IMG/VR virus record: IMGVR_UViG_3300042291_001013
Direction: 5' to 3' (one strand)
Origin: a virus
Taxonomy: Duplodnaviria > Caudoviricetes
DNA: 64,000 nucleotides
A program made the translations under genes and the position numbers. Numbering within the stretch: position 1 is the first letter of the stretch; each line of letters starts with the position of its first letter. This document shows, in pieces, positions 45,106-57,799 of the stretch. Under the pieces are notes generated by a model, which was not told the DNA's origin, did not search any database, and saw nothing but the letters and a program-made list of their open reading frames with translations.

Positions 45106-45738
45106 TTAAAATTTAAAAATTATTTGGTAAGCGTCGTAAATTGGTTGCTTGCCTTGCTGTGCAAGATACTCAACAATGCGTCGACCTTTGCCTGTTCTAC
45201 GATTGTCTTCTAAAAATCTAGCATTGTCATCTATGGTCACAATGGCTCCAGGTTTGATGTGTGGTTCAATAGCTTGAAATTCTTTCAAATGATGCTCGGC
45301 GCTGTCATGATCGTTTTTCCATTTAACGTCCCAGCTGTCTAGATAAAACAAATCTACTTGACCAAGATCAGGTTGATGTGACAGCCAAGCCACGCTGTCA
45401 CTGCAACTGGCGCGAAAACAAGGATTGGGCAACACTGACTGTGCAATGTTTACAGCCGCAGGATCAATGTCTACTGATCTTACTGTGCCGCTGTGGTGCT
45501 CCACAAACTCCACAAACAATTGGGCACTTTGCCCGTCTTTCCAATTGCCTGGATTACGCAGAGTACCAGTTTCCACAATATGATATTCAGTCTGCTGGAG
45601 ACTCTCCAAGTAGGCAAATATCAAGTTAAAGCCGTCTGCACGGCAATACAAGCCTTCATGTAGGCCGCGCTTGGCGCCACTGGTGTTTGAGTTCAAGCGA
45701 TCAAAGTATTGCTCGCGATAATGTTTAAGCCATGTCAT
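45106..45738 (-). CDS. Methyltransferase-like protein
   Basis: IVETGT, SVDID, DLFYLDS, VTIDD. Confidence 0.7.
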   Translation of the reverse strand: MTWLKHYREQYFDRLNSNTSGAKRGLHEGLYCRADGFNLIFAYLESLQQTEYHIVETGTLRNPGNWKDGQSAQLFVEFVEHHSGTVRSVDIDPAAVNIAQSVLPNPCFRASCSDSVAWLSHQPDLGQVDLFYLDSWDVKWKNDHDSAEHHLKEFQAIEPHIKPGAIVTIDDNARFLEDNRRTGKGRRIVEYLAQQGKQPIYDAYQIIFKF

Positions 45739-45754
45739 GAAGATATTTACGTTA

Positions 45755-46354
45755 CTAGATACTGCTGTCCTCAAAATCCGGTTTGTCTACCAGCCAGCAT
45801 CTGCCAGCTCTGCGCACCTTGAGATTGAGATCTCCAAAAAAATCCCACACAGCTTGTTGCACTCCGGGATGGCCTTTGGTGTAGTCATCACCACCAAATT
45901 GACCGCCTGGGCGTATTTTGGGCCACCAAGCATGCAAGTCTCTTATCACACAATCATAGGTATGACCTGCATCCACATAACAGAAGTCCACATCACCTTC
46001 ATCAAACCAGTCGGCTGCGTCCCAGCTTAGGCTTTTGATGGGTACAATAAGATCCAATACAGGTGCCACATTGCGTTCAAACACCTGTTCTAAGGTTTGA
46101 GATTTTATTATGTCTTGTTCAACTAGTTCTATACCGCCATCCCAGGTGTCCACGCAGTAAAACTCACCAAACTTTTCTCTCTGCAACAATTCAACCACAC
46201 AATAGGCTGTGCTTTTTCCAGTCCAAGCGCCCAGCTCAACCCAACGGCCTCCTGCTGGAAATGAGTCCAACACAATGTCTAACATCACTGTGTTTTTATG
46301 ACTCATAAATCCTTCAACGTCTTGATAAAAGTGGTTCATTTTGTATTTACTCAT
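45755..46354 (-). CDS. Class I SAM-dependent methyltransferase
   Basis: VELGAWTGKS, DFCYVDAGH, GGQFGGDDY. Confidence 0.85.
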   Translation of the reverse strand: MSKYKMNHFYQDVEGFMSHKNTVMLDIVLDSFPAGGRWVELGAWTGKSTAYCVVELLQREKFGEFYCVDTWDGGIELVEQDIIKSQTLEQVFERNVAPVLDLIVPIKSLSWDAADWFDEGDVDFCYVDAGHTYDCVIRDLHAWWPKIRPGGQFGGDDYTKGHPGVQQAVWDFFGDLNLKVRRAGRCWLVDKPDFEDSSI

Positions 46355-46364
46355 AATCTTAGCC

Positions 46365-46372
46365 TATAAATA
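46365..46372 (+). promoter_or_regulatory. T4-type late promoter (representative of at least 15 TAAATA sites)
   Basis: TATAAATA 5 nt before the ATG. TAAATA also at 294, 7390, 17315, 21201, 21902, 22327, 22840, 25791, 25815, 32528, 45744, 46344, 51770, 53569 and 63835. Confidence 0.75.
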
Positions 46373-46377
46373 TCTGC

Positions 46378-47142
46378 ATGAAAATCGTACTTGTAACCGG
46401 CGGCTTTGATCCGCTACATTCGGGACACCTTGCCTATTTTGCAGAGGCCAAAAAACTTGGTGACAAACTTATTGTAGGTTTGAATTCAGACGCATGGTTG
46501 ACCCGCAAAAAGGGCAGACCATTCATGCCACTGCAAGAACGAAAAGCAGTGGTTTCCAATCTCAAAGACGTTGACACAGTTGTGACTTACAACGATGACG
46601 ACAACTCTAGCAAGGATGCTATCCTTTGTGTACGTGCGCTGTATCCCATGGCAGAAATTATTTTTGCCAACGGTGGAGATCGCACTGACTCTAATATTCC
46701 TGAAATGGATGTTGAAGACAACAATCTCCACTTTGTGTTTGGAGTAGGTGGATTTAACAAAGCAAATTCAAGTTCGTGGATCCTGGAAGATTGGAAAAAG
46801 CCCAAGACACACCGAGCCTGGGGATACTATCGTGTGTTACACGAAGTTGGTGCCAATACCAAACTAAAAGAACTTACTGTTAACCCCAAAACTTGTCTTA
46901 GTATGCAACGTCATGACAGGCGAGCAGAGTTTTGGTTTGTGGCTGAAGGAGAAGCAACAGTTTATACAGTGGATCCTCACAGCACAGACCGTGACTTAAT
47001 GGCCAGTCCTGCCAAGCACCAATCAACTTGGATTAAATTAAACGAGTGGCATCAGCTATGTAATGAAACTGATGAACCGCTAAAACTAATTGAGATTCAG
47101 TACGGTGAAAACTGTGTTGAGGAAGATATCGAGCGTAGATGA
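46378..47142 (+). CDS. Cytidylyl/adenylyltransferase (HldE/RfaE-like) fused to a mannose-6-P isomerase-like cupin
   Basis: TGGFDPLHSGH (HxGH), FANGGDR; WGYYRVL...SMQRH..RAEFW. Confidence 0.85.
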   Translation: MKIVLVTGGFDPLHSGHLAYFAEAKKLGDKLIVGLNSDAWLTRKKGRPFMPLQERKAVVSNLKDVDTVVTYNDDDNSSKDAILCVRALYPMAEIIFANGGDRTDSNIPEMDVEDNNLHFVFGVGGFNKANSSSWILEDWKKPKTHRAWGYYRVLHEVGANTKLKELTVNPKTCLSMQRHDRRAEFWFVAEGEATVYTVDPHSTDRDLMASPAKHQSTWIKLNEWHQLCNETDEPLKLIEIQYGENCVEEDIERR

Positions 47143-47828
47143 AAGATATCATACCAATCTTCGTTGGCTATGATCCACGTGAAGCCATAGCATATCATAC
47201 CTGTGTCAACAGCATTATTAGAAATGCAAGCCGTCCTGTGAGCATTGTGCCTGTAGCACTTAACTTGTTTCGAGACTACGACGAAACACACACCGATGGC
47301 AGTAACCACTTTATCTACACACGTTTCTTGGTACCATATCTCATGGGATTCTCAGGATCGGCTATTTTTATTGATGGCGACATGATTGTGCGAGGAGACA
47401 TTGCTGAACTTTGGGAGTTACGAAATCCTTACATGGATGTACAAGTAGTCAAGCATGACTACAAGACTCGCATGCCTGTAAAATACCTAGGAGCAAAAAA
47501 TGAAGACTATCCTCGAAAAAATTGGAGTAGTGTTATTCTGTGGAATTGTAATAGCTTTCCTAACCGGCGACTTACTCCTGAGTTCATTCAAAAATCCACA
47601 GGCAGTGAGCTCCACCGCTTCTCGTGGATAGATGATGAGCGTGTTGGTGAACTACCAAAGGAATGGAATTGGTTGCCTGATGAATACGGGCCAAACCCCG
47701 ACGCCAAGCTCTTGCATTATACCTTGGGCACTCCATGCTTTCACGAGTTTGCTGATACACCACAGGGTAACGAGTGGCACAGAGAACGCATACTAACAGA
47801 GTACTGCCAACAAAGAGATATCATATGA
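47139..47828 (+). CDS. GT-A glycosyltransferase
   Basis: IFVGYDPRE, FIYTRFLVP, FIDGDM, NWSSV, LHYTLGTP. Confidence 0.85.
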   Translation: MKDIIPIFVGYDPREAIAYHTCVNSIIRNASRPVSIVPVALNLFRDYDETHTDGSNHFIYTRFLVPYLMGFSGSAIFIDGDMIVRGDIAELWELRNPYMDVQVVKHDYKTRMPVKYLGAKNEDYPRKNWSSVILWNCNSFPNRRLTPEFIQKSTGSELHRFSWIDDERVGELPKEWNWLPDEYGPNPDAKLLHYTLGTPCFHEFADTPQGNEWHRERILTEYCQQRDII

Positions 47829-48637
47829 CCAATTTTATTTTCCTTAGCAAAGGCAACCAAGATGAGTACATCAACATGTTGGCCAAGAGCGCGGGACAAG
47901 AACCCACAGACACAGACTTTTTTGACTACAAGTACGATGTATTGCAAGATGGTATGACTCCTGTATTGCGTGGTATTTTGAAATACAAAATCATGCAGAA
48001 GTGTCTGGCCGATAACAAAGATTTTTACTACGTGGATTCTGGCTACGTGGGCAACAACATCAGCAGACACAATCGCATGGGCAACAAACTGTATCATCGC
48101 ATTGTTAAAAACGATTTGCAACAGACTGAAATACGTCCGCGCCCCGGTGATCGTTGGAAAGCACTTGACATCAAACTGCAACCAAGAAAGTTTGGCAGAA
48201 AAATTGTTGTGGCTGCACCAGACGAAAAACCCTGCAGGTATTATGGGGTTGATCAAGCAAAGTGGGTAGAACAAACTGTTGAAGAGATTAAAAAATACAC
48301 TGACCGTCCAATTGTGGTACGAGAACGAGCACCAAAACGAATTGACCGTGTGGTAACAGCGCCGTTGCATCAAGTGTTGGCGCAAGATGTTCATGCTCTT
48401 GTGACCTTTAACAGTGTTGCGGCAGTGGAATCTATTTTTTCAGGCGTACCAGCTTTTGTACTGGCTCCCAGTCATGTGGCACAACCTGTGTCTAGCATGT
48501 ATTTGAGTCAAATTGAAAATCCTTACTGGGCAGATCAAGACAAATTAGATGCATGGTGCCATAGCATGGCCTATGGTCAATATCATGTGCGTGAACTACG
48601 CGATGGAACTGCTTTTAGAATGATGCAAGAACTATGA
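47825..48637 (+). CDS. Capsule-polysaccharide-synthesis-like (GT-B) protein
   Basis: YVDSGY, IVVRER, LVTFNSVAAVESIFSGVPAF. Confidence 0.65.
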   Translation: MTNFIFLSKGNQDEYINMLAKSAGQEPTDTDFFDYKYDVLQDGMTPVLRGILKYKIMQKCLADNKDFYYVDSGYVGNNISRHNRMGNKLYHRIVKNDLQQTEIRPRPGDRWKALDIKLQPRKFGRKIVVAAPDEKPCRYYGVDQAKWVEQTVEEIKKYTDRPIVVRERAPKRIDRVVTAPLHQVLAQDVHALVTFNSVAAVESIFSGVPAFVLAPSHVAQPVSSMYLSQIENPYWADQDKLDAWCHSMAYGQYHVRELRDGTAFRMMQEL

Positions 48638-49602
48638 AAGTTGTAAGCTATTTGGCTACGTTGCCAAGAAAAGAACAATACACTTCTGAGGAAAGTCTAA
48701 AGGCTGCCACAGACAAACTCAATACATTGAAGTTTTTTATTCAAGGTGTACAGGCCTGCGGTGACGAAGGAGTCATGGTTGACGACTTTAACTATCAGCC
48801 CAGTGATGTGGCCGTGATACTGGGTTGGGTACACGAGCATGGAAAAACTGCCCCACACCTACAACTGCGTCAGCAGATACTAGATGAACAGCGAAACTAC
48901 AATGGTCGTACTGTGATTGCTGACAGTAATCTTTTCCTTTACAAAAACACTGCCAATCCTGGTTACTGGTTGCGTTACAGTTTTGATGGTGTGTTTCCCA
49001 ACACCGGCACGTATTGTGATACTGCACCCGATCCTGCTCGTTGGTTGGCAGTACAACAAAATCTCAACATAAATCTCAAACCATGGCGTACACAAGGCAA
49101 CCATATCCTGTTGTGTTTGCAACGTGACGGTGGCTGGAGCATGGGCGGCTTTGAAGTGCTGGACTGGGCCGTGAAAAACATAATGCATTTGCGCAGATAC
49201 ACCAAACGTCCCATACGCATACGTGCGCATCCTGGTGACAAACGAGCCAAGAAGTACTGCGATAGATTAATGAAGCTGTGCATTGGCCGCAGACTACTCA
49301 ATGTAGAACTCAGCGCACCCAACACATCATTGGAACACGATTTGAAAAATTGTTGGGCAGTGGTCAATCATAACTCCAGTCCCACAGTGGGTGCGGCCAT
49401 AGAAGGTATTCCTGTTTTTGTTACTGATCCTGAACGCAGTCAAGTACGAGAAATTGCCGAAACAAGATTGGACAAAATAGAAACTCCCATAACACCTGAT
49501 CGTGATGCATGGATTCAGCGTCTAAGTCAGTTCCACTGGAGCCATCATGAACTCAGAGATGGCACAGCCTGGGCACACATGAGAAAGTTTGTGGAAAAAT
49601 GA
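48634..49602 (+). CDS. Capsule-polysaccharide-synthesis-like (GT-B) protein
   Basis: IRIRAHP, VVNHNSSPTVGAAIEGIPVF; paralogous to its neighbours. Confidence 0.65.
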   Translation: MKVVSYLATLPRKEQYTSEESLKAATDKLNTLKFFIQGVQACGDEGVMVDDFNYQPSDVAVILGWVHEHGKTAPHLQLRQQILDEQRNYNGRTVIADSNLFLYKNTANPGYWLRYSFDGVFPNTGTYCDTAPDPARWLAVQQNLNINLKPWRTQGNHILLCLQRDGGWSMGGFEVLDWAVKNIMHLRRYTKRPIRIRAHPGDKRAKKYCDRLMKLCIGRRLLNVELSAPNTSLEHDLKNCWAVVNHNSSPTVGAAIEGIPVFVTDPERSQVREIAETRLDKIETPITPDRDAWIQRLSQFHWSHHELRDGTAWAHMRKFVEK

Positions 49603-50318
49603 TAGAAATTATTACCAGCTTTGACCAACGTTACCATGACCTAATAGGCAAGGATTGCGTGAGCAGTTTTTTAGAACACTGGGATTCACAATTTCAGTTG
49701 ACATGCTATGTGGAAGGCTTTGCCTTGCCCGAACATGAAAGAATCAAACAGATTGATTTTAACTCACAAGTGGATCCAGAGTATCATGCATTGCAACAAG
49801 ACACTGAGTATGGTGTACAAGTCAAAAAGTTTAGCAAAAAAGCATTCAGTGTGATACACGCCATGTATCACAGCACCGCAGATTGGATCTTGTGGCTGGA
49901 TGCTGACGTTGTTACCATGAAGTCCGTGCCTGCACACTTGATCTTGGACTGTATGCGGTCTGAAGATCTTGCCATGTACATGGGAGTAACCTACACTCAA
50001 GACAAGTCAGGTAACCCTGGATCATGGCTTGTGCCCGAAACAGGTGTGTTTGCTGTAAACACTCAGCATGAAAAGTTTGAAGAATTTAGAAACGAGTATC
50101 GTAGACGCTATGTTGAACGCGATCATGCTGACCTGCGTAGATTCTACGACAACGATGTGTTTGGTGCCGCAATCAATCTTGCTAGCGCACCAGTGTATGA
50201 TTTGTGTGAGGGATTTGCCAAGCCTTACAAAACACCTTTGCCGCACACAGTACTAGGTGAGTTCCTTATTCACTACAAGGCCAAGCACAGCAAGGCCGAA
50301 TATCAAACAGACCAATAA
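49599..50318 (+). CDS. Nucleotide-diphospho-sugar transferase
   Basis: KFSKKAF, WLDAD, ETG, YDNDVF. Confidence 0.75.
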   Translation: MIEIITSFDQRYHDLIGKDCVSSFLEHWDSQFQLTCYVEGFALPEHERIKQIDFNSQVDPEYHALQQDTEYGVQVKKFSKKAFSVIHAMYHSTADWILWLDADVVTMKSVPAHLILDCMRSEDLAMYMGVTYTQDKSGNPGSWLVPETGVFAVNTQHEKFEEFRNEYRRRYVERDHADLRRFYDNDVFGAAINLASAPVYDLCEGFAKPYKTPLPHTVLGEFLIHYKAKHSKAEYQTDQ

Positions 50319-51130
50319 CTTTCGCTTCGAGGCTGAATAAGATCCTTGGCTAAACTACGCCCAGTTTCTTTTCGTTTGCCCTTAAGGTGATCTAAGTATG
50401 CACCCCAGGGTGTGTTGATCAAGGGATGTCCTTCTCCTTTGATCAGTCCGTGACTCCAGTTTAGCTGGCGCCATTTGGGATGGGCCGCTTGTACTTCGTT
50501 GCGAGTCTCATCAAAAACCCAGCAGTCGTTCCACTCAGCCATGGTCATCAGTCGACCTGAATCATAGGCCAACTGAAACTCTTTGAGCCATGTTAGTGTT
50601 ACAGGGTCACGTAGGTTCATGCCGTATAAGCCACATTCACTAAACTTGCGTTCGCGTCCTAGATATGCTAGGCCTATCTTGGCGGGCATTTGACTGGTAA
50701 TAAATTCTTCAGTAATAGGTGTGTGGCACACCATGTCTGCGTCCATCCAAAACAACACATCAGCGTCACAGTTTGCCGCACTGTGAAACACCGAATATGC
50801 TTTGTGACTGAATCTAATAGCGTCCCAACGAAACCCTATACCAGGTGCTTTGCCTTTGCGATCTACAGGACCTGTTGCAACCAAGCCACGTGCTCTAGGA
50901 TCACCGCCCCAGCGTTGCTTGAAGGTGACAATTTCAGGACTCACAGCATGTAGATCTCTAACATGCAGATTGGGTGCGCTTTGACGTATTGCACAGTCTT
51001 CAGTGTAAACGTATAGATCAATTTCTTGGGGCCAGTTTTGTAAAAACGTGTCAATCATGCGACTGGCATAGCGTTCGTAGCCGCTGGCATTGAATGTTGT
51101 AACAACTGCGTATTTCATTTGGGTATCCAT
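50303..51130 (-). CDS. Nucleotide-diphospho-sugar transferase
   Basis: RFSHKAY, WMDAD, SECG, WNDCWVF, DHLKGKRK. Confidence 0.75.
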   Translation of the reverse strand: MDTQMKYAVVTTFNASGYERYASRMIDTFLQNWPQEIDLYVYTEDCAIRQSAPNLHVRDLHAVSPEIVTFKQRWGGDPRARGLVATGPVDRKGKAPGIGFRWDAIRFSHKAYSVFHSAANCDADVLFWMDADMVCHTPITEEFITSQMPAKIGLAYLGRERKFSECGLYGMNLRDPVTLTWLKEFQLAYDSGRLMTMAEWNDCWVFDETRNEVQAAHPKWRQLNWSHGLIKGEGHPLINTPWGAYLDHLKGKRKETGRSLAKDLIQPRSESYWSV

Positions 51131-51762
51131 ATTGTATTGCTCTTGCTCTTGACCGGCGCCGCTTCATATGGGCCGCACAAATCATTGAGCCACTGTCTGT
51201 GTTGATCTCGTTGACCGTTGTCCTCAATCAACAACCAAGGTCTATTGCGTTGTATAGTATCACGACTTCCGTCTAACACTGCATTTTCAAAACCTTCAAC
51301 ATCAATCTTGATCCAGTCAACTGATTCAAAATTGAATCGATCCAGTGTAGTTAACTCTCCAGTGTGCTTTTCAAACTCTGGATTGGGCACAAACTCTGCT
51401 ACTTGTTTGGTGTGTCCGCACTTGAGAGTTTGTAATTCAAATGTTGCTGTTTGATCTCGATCGCTGAGACCCAAGTTATGCAATTCTACATTGCTGTAAT
51501 TTTCTAGATTTTTTTGCAAAACTTCAAAATTTTTAAGTACTGGTTCAAAACATATCACATGTTCAAAACGTTCAGCACTGGGCCTAGCAAATATGCCAAT
51601 GTTGGCACCAATATCAATCATGGTACGCTTGCGTGGAATATTGTTGTACACATACCAACGGTAACGATTTTGATAATGCACATCTACCACTTCCTGCAAT
51701 CGTTCACTGAAAAATCCAGTTGGTGGTTCAGGAGAATACCAAAGTGAGTTTATTTTATACAT
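51115..51762 (-). CDS. FkbM family methyltransferase
   Basis: IDIGANIG, CFEP, IKIDVEGFE. Confidence 0.9.
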   Translation of the reverse strand: MYKINSLWYSPEPPTGFFSERLQEVVDVHYQNRYRWYVYNNIPRKRTMIDIGANIGIFARPSAERFEHVICFEPVLKNFEVLQKNLENYSNVELHNLGLSDRDQTATFELQTLKCGHTKQVAEFVPNPEFEKHTGELTTLDRFNFESVDWIKIDVEGFENAVLDGSRDTIQRNRPWLLIEDNGQRDQHRQWLNDLCGPYEAAPVKSKSNTIWIPK

Positions 51763-51780
51763 ATATAACTATTTAATCAA

Positions 51781-54683
<2,903 letters not shown>

Positions 54684-54690
54684 ATTTTCC

Positions 54691-55143
54691 TTAAACTTGA
54701 ATATCTTCCATACCTGCTGTGCGCAAACGAACTACATGTCCCATTTGCCACTGCTTGGAATCCAGGCCTTTCATGATGCCCAACCATCGGTTACGCAACA
54801 AGGCCACTTCGTTGATGATAGTTTCAAAGTCAATCACTTCGTCTTCACCATCAACATATTTTTCAGCATCCCTACTGGTCAGCGCACGAGCATAGGCTTC
54901 CAGATACTTTTGAAAATGCTTGCGTCGAATCTTGCGCAGTTGGATGTTGAGATAGTTTAACACAGCTTCAATTTCTTGCAGTTGGTTAAATCTATGTTCA
55001 GTAATGCCCGGCAAGGTTGTGATGTTTTTCTCCACCAGGCCCCCAATACGACAATCCTTCTTGGCAGACTCAAGCTCGTGTTCATAGTGAGCAATAAAGT
55101 CTGGTATTGCATCAAGGCCGGCAGTTATACGACTATACCACAT
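54691..55143 (-). CDS. uvsY: Recombination mediator UvsY-like
   Basis: YLEAYARALTSRDAEKYVDGE; KQWQ. Confidence 0.8.
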   Translation of the reverse strand: MWYSRITAGLDAIPDFIAHYEHELESAKKDCRIGGLVEKNITTLPGITEHRFNQLQEIEAVLNYLNIQLRKIRRKHFQKYLEAYARALTSRDAEKYVDGEDEVIDFETIINEVALLRNRWLGIMKGLDSKQWQMGHVVRLRTAGMEDIQV

Positions 55144-56380
55144 ATTTTTTATACTTTACTAACCAAGGGAATAGCACAGTCCAGTCGGTGCCACGGCGAC
55201 GATCTTTTTCTTCTAAAAATACAAAAAGATCACGGATATCTGTTGGGCTGTGAGTTGGCTGGCATATTTGTTGAAATATGCCTTTCATGTATTCATACGC
55301 TAGAGAATCCTCATCTGTGTCTGTGGGCAATAGACTTAAAATAGTATCCATATCTTTTTCAAATTCATCTCCGGGCAATATACCTGACTTTAAATAATTT
55401 GGTCCCGGTTCTACTCCTGAAAACCAATGTCCTATTTTACGCTCTTTGCGCCATTCTATTAATTTTGTTAAAAGTTCTGGCATAGTCTTAATTGTTAATA
55501 CTGAAATAGTTTGATTGATCATAAGATATAACCATTTATACTGCATCAGATAACGAAAATTTTCCTCCCATCTTTTAAGATCGATTCCGTATCTCACATA
55601 TTCTTGTTGAGGTCCCCAACAATCAATACTGACACTAATGTCAATTCTGGCAATCTTTCGATCTACTAATAGTTTACGAAATTTAGGTATAAATGATGCC
55701 AATCGTTCTGGAGATACCATAAGATTGGTTACGATATTTAATTGGCAGTCAGGATTGGGATATTTGTCAACCATTTCTAAGAAATAATCAAATTCCTGTT
55801 GTATCAATGGTTCGCCACCTAAAATTCCCAATCGTTTAAGTTTAGGAAATCCATCAGGAAACCATTCCCAAAATAAAGGAACATAGTCTTTGTATTTGTT
55901 TTTAATAATAGGAAGGTGTACTCCTCCTTGTTTGAATTCTTTAAATTTGTTGTTTTCTGCTGTGTTGGTACTACTAAGACCATTGGGACAATATAAACAT
56001 CCCATGTTACAAGCACTACTAAAATATACTTCTAGTAGAGTAGGGCTAACGTTAACGGCCTGAAGATTATGTTCTAATTCTGGCGGTGACATATCAGGTA
56101 TGCTTAAATGGCGCATGCGATCGCTTGTGCCCCCTACTTCTTCAATTTTACGACAATAAGCACAACTATCTTCTGGCCATAGTCCCTGCAACATTTGTTG
56201 CCGATCCTGTATTTTTAATGGAGTATTATGAAATTGCATAAAGTCTTCTGGAGCAACTGTGCCAATGGCTGTTCGATGACAGCTTCCTGTTACACCATTA
56301 TTAAGATATAATGTACTCCATGCCCATTTAAGTTGGCAAGCGGTATTTGTTTTTATTGGAAAATATTTTTTGTCAGGCAT
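55133..56380 (-). CDS. Radical SAM enzyme with N-terminal SPASM/twitch-like Cys region
   Basis: SACNMGCLYC, LGGEP; N-terminal CQLKW...SCHR...CAYC. Confidence 0.9.
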   Translation of the reverse strand: MPDKKYFPIKTNTACQLKWAWSTLYLNNGVTGSCHRTAIGTVAPEDFMQFHNTPLKIQDRQQMLQGLWPEDSCAYCRKIEEVGGTSDRMRHLSIPDMSPPELEHNLQAVNVSPTLLEVYFSSACNMGCLYCPNGLSSTNTAENNKFKEFKQGGVHLPIIKNKYKDYVPLFWEWFPDGFPKLKRLGILGGEPLIQQEFDYFLEMVDKYPNPDCQLNIVTNLMVSPERLASFIPKFRKLLVDRKIARIDISVSIDCWGPQQEYVRYGIDLKRWEENFRYLMQYKWLYLMINQTISVLTIKTMPELLTKLIEWRKERKIGHWFSGVEPGPNYLKSGILPGDEFEKDMDTILSLLPTDTDEDSLAYEYMKGIFQQICQPTHSPTDIRDLFVFLEEKDRRRGTDWTVLFPWLVKYKKYVV

Positions 56381-57542
56381 TTTGTATCCAGTTTACAAAA
56401 CTAGCAGGATAGATACTGAAATCTAAATTGCGGCGCCGGGCAAACTCCTTTAGGTATACAGATAATGTCTGCTGTTGTTGCGCTGTAACTGGTGCCATCA
56501 TGGTTTGTATAATGGTGTCACGAAATTCTATTTCACTGTTGTTTAATAGTTCAGACAAGGCGTGTTTACTATCAGCATCTAATACGTTGACATTTAGAAA
56601 TTCTGGTTCACTACAAAATTCATACTTGATATGTTTTCCTTTGAATTGTTCTACAAATTCAAAGAAACCAAATATTGTTAAATTGCTTAGTACGCAAGAA
56701 AAATACCATTCAAATCCCTGCTGTTCAATTTGTTTTAAATTTATTTCAAAATTTTCCCACGTGTTGCCGAATCGATTAAATTCGTAGAATGCCCCACAGT
56801 TTTCTGCACTAACAATTAAGGTTATACGATTTCTATTTTTTAATTTTGTTAGTTGTTTTTCAAACCGGATTGGATCTACTCCCAGGCCTGTATAAATCTT
56901 GACTTGATTATGCTCGCTAATTTTGTTTACCAATTCTACTAAATTATTGTAAAGAAATGTTTCGCCGCCAGTGATATAAACACAATCGGTGGTGCGTAAT
57001 CGTTCTATCTCATCAGTAAGTGTAATGTATCCTGTGCTTGCTTGATGTTCGGGCTGACTAATTTTTAATAGAAGTTTGTCTATTGGCGAAATAATAAATC
57101 TATCGTGCTCTAAATAAGACCCATGTTCGTTGATATCGCGCAACCATGCTGTACTATAATTTTTACAGCAATACGAGCAAGTCATATTACAAGTTGACCC
57201 TAACATGATGTGTAAATTTTTTGGAGCATCAACTTGAACAGAATCAAACCGTTCTTTTTGTGTAGGGAATATCATTCTGCGACTAACAGTTCCAATATTC
57301 TCTGGTCTCCAGCAAACATCTTCACAGCTGGACACAGGCTGATTATCCAGCATCTGTTGCCGTTCGTTTTGCAAAGAAGGGGTATTAAATAACTGCCCTG
57401 GATTTTGTTTGATCCAGTTTATATTGACTTGTTCAGGACGGGCGGCACAACATGAAAACGTCTGCCGCTTCTCTAGATCAACCGAAAGCCAGGTGAATTT
57501 TTCACTGCAATAAAAATCACCAGGCGGTAGTTGATCCATCAA
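56373..57542 (-). CDS. Radical SAM enzyme with N-terminal SPASM/twitch-like Cys region
   Basis: TCNMTCSYC, TGGET; N-terminal YC...SCC...CEDVC. Confidence 0.9.
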   Translation of the reverse strand: MMDQLPPGDFYCSEKFTWLSVDLEKRQTFSCCAARPEQVNINWIKQNPGQLFNTPSLQNERQQMLDNQPVSSCEDVCWRPENIGTVSRRMIFPTQKERFDSVQVDAPKNLHIMLGSTCNMTCSYCCKNYSTAWLRDINEHGSYLEHDRFIISPIDKLLLKISQPEHQASTGYITLTDEIERLRTTDCVYITGGETFLYNNLVELVNKISEHNQVKIYTGLGVDPIRFEKQLTKLKNRNRITLIVSAENCGAFYEFNRFGNTWENFEINLKQIEQQGFEWYFSCVLSNLTIFGFFEFVEQFKGKHIKYEFCSEPEFLNVNVLDADSKHALSELLNNSEIEFRDTIIQTMMAPVTAQQQQTLSVYLKEFARRRNLDFSIYPASFVNWIQNA

Positions 57543-57799
57543 TTTTCCCAGTCTTCTTCGTTGTAGTCTTCTTCTTCAGACTCTTCTTCATCTTCTGCGT
57601 AGTCTTTGTCGTTGTCAAGATATGATGTAAGTGCTCGTTTGATATCTACATCGCCTTTGAAAGCGTTACGGATATCTTCAACGTCTGAATCATTGTCCAT
57701 TAGAATCTGAACCACAGTTTCTGCCGCTTCGTTGCGATCAACTGTGTTTACATACCTCTTGAGTTCTCCCCAAATTTCTGCGGCTACATGTTCACTCAT
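57539..57799 (-). CDS. Small acidic hypothetical protein
   Basis: 86 aa with a very acidic tail; follows uvsX. Confidence 0.75.
   Translation of the reverse strand: MSEHVAAEIWGELKRYVNTVDRNEAAETVVQILMDNDSDVEDIRNAFKGDVDIKRALTSYLDNDKDYAEDEEESEEEDYNEEDWEN

Noticed and set aside
57539-57799. RiPP precursor peptide for the flanking radical SAM enzymes
   Set aside because: It looks like a folded acidic protein coupled to uvsX, with no Cys/Trp/Ser-rich core and no transporter or protease nearby; not supportable.
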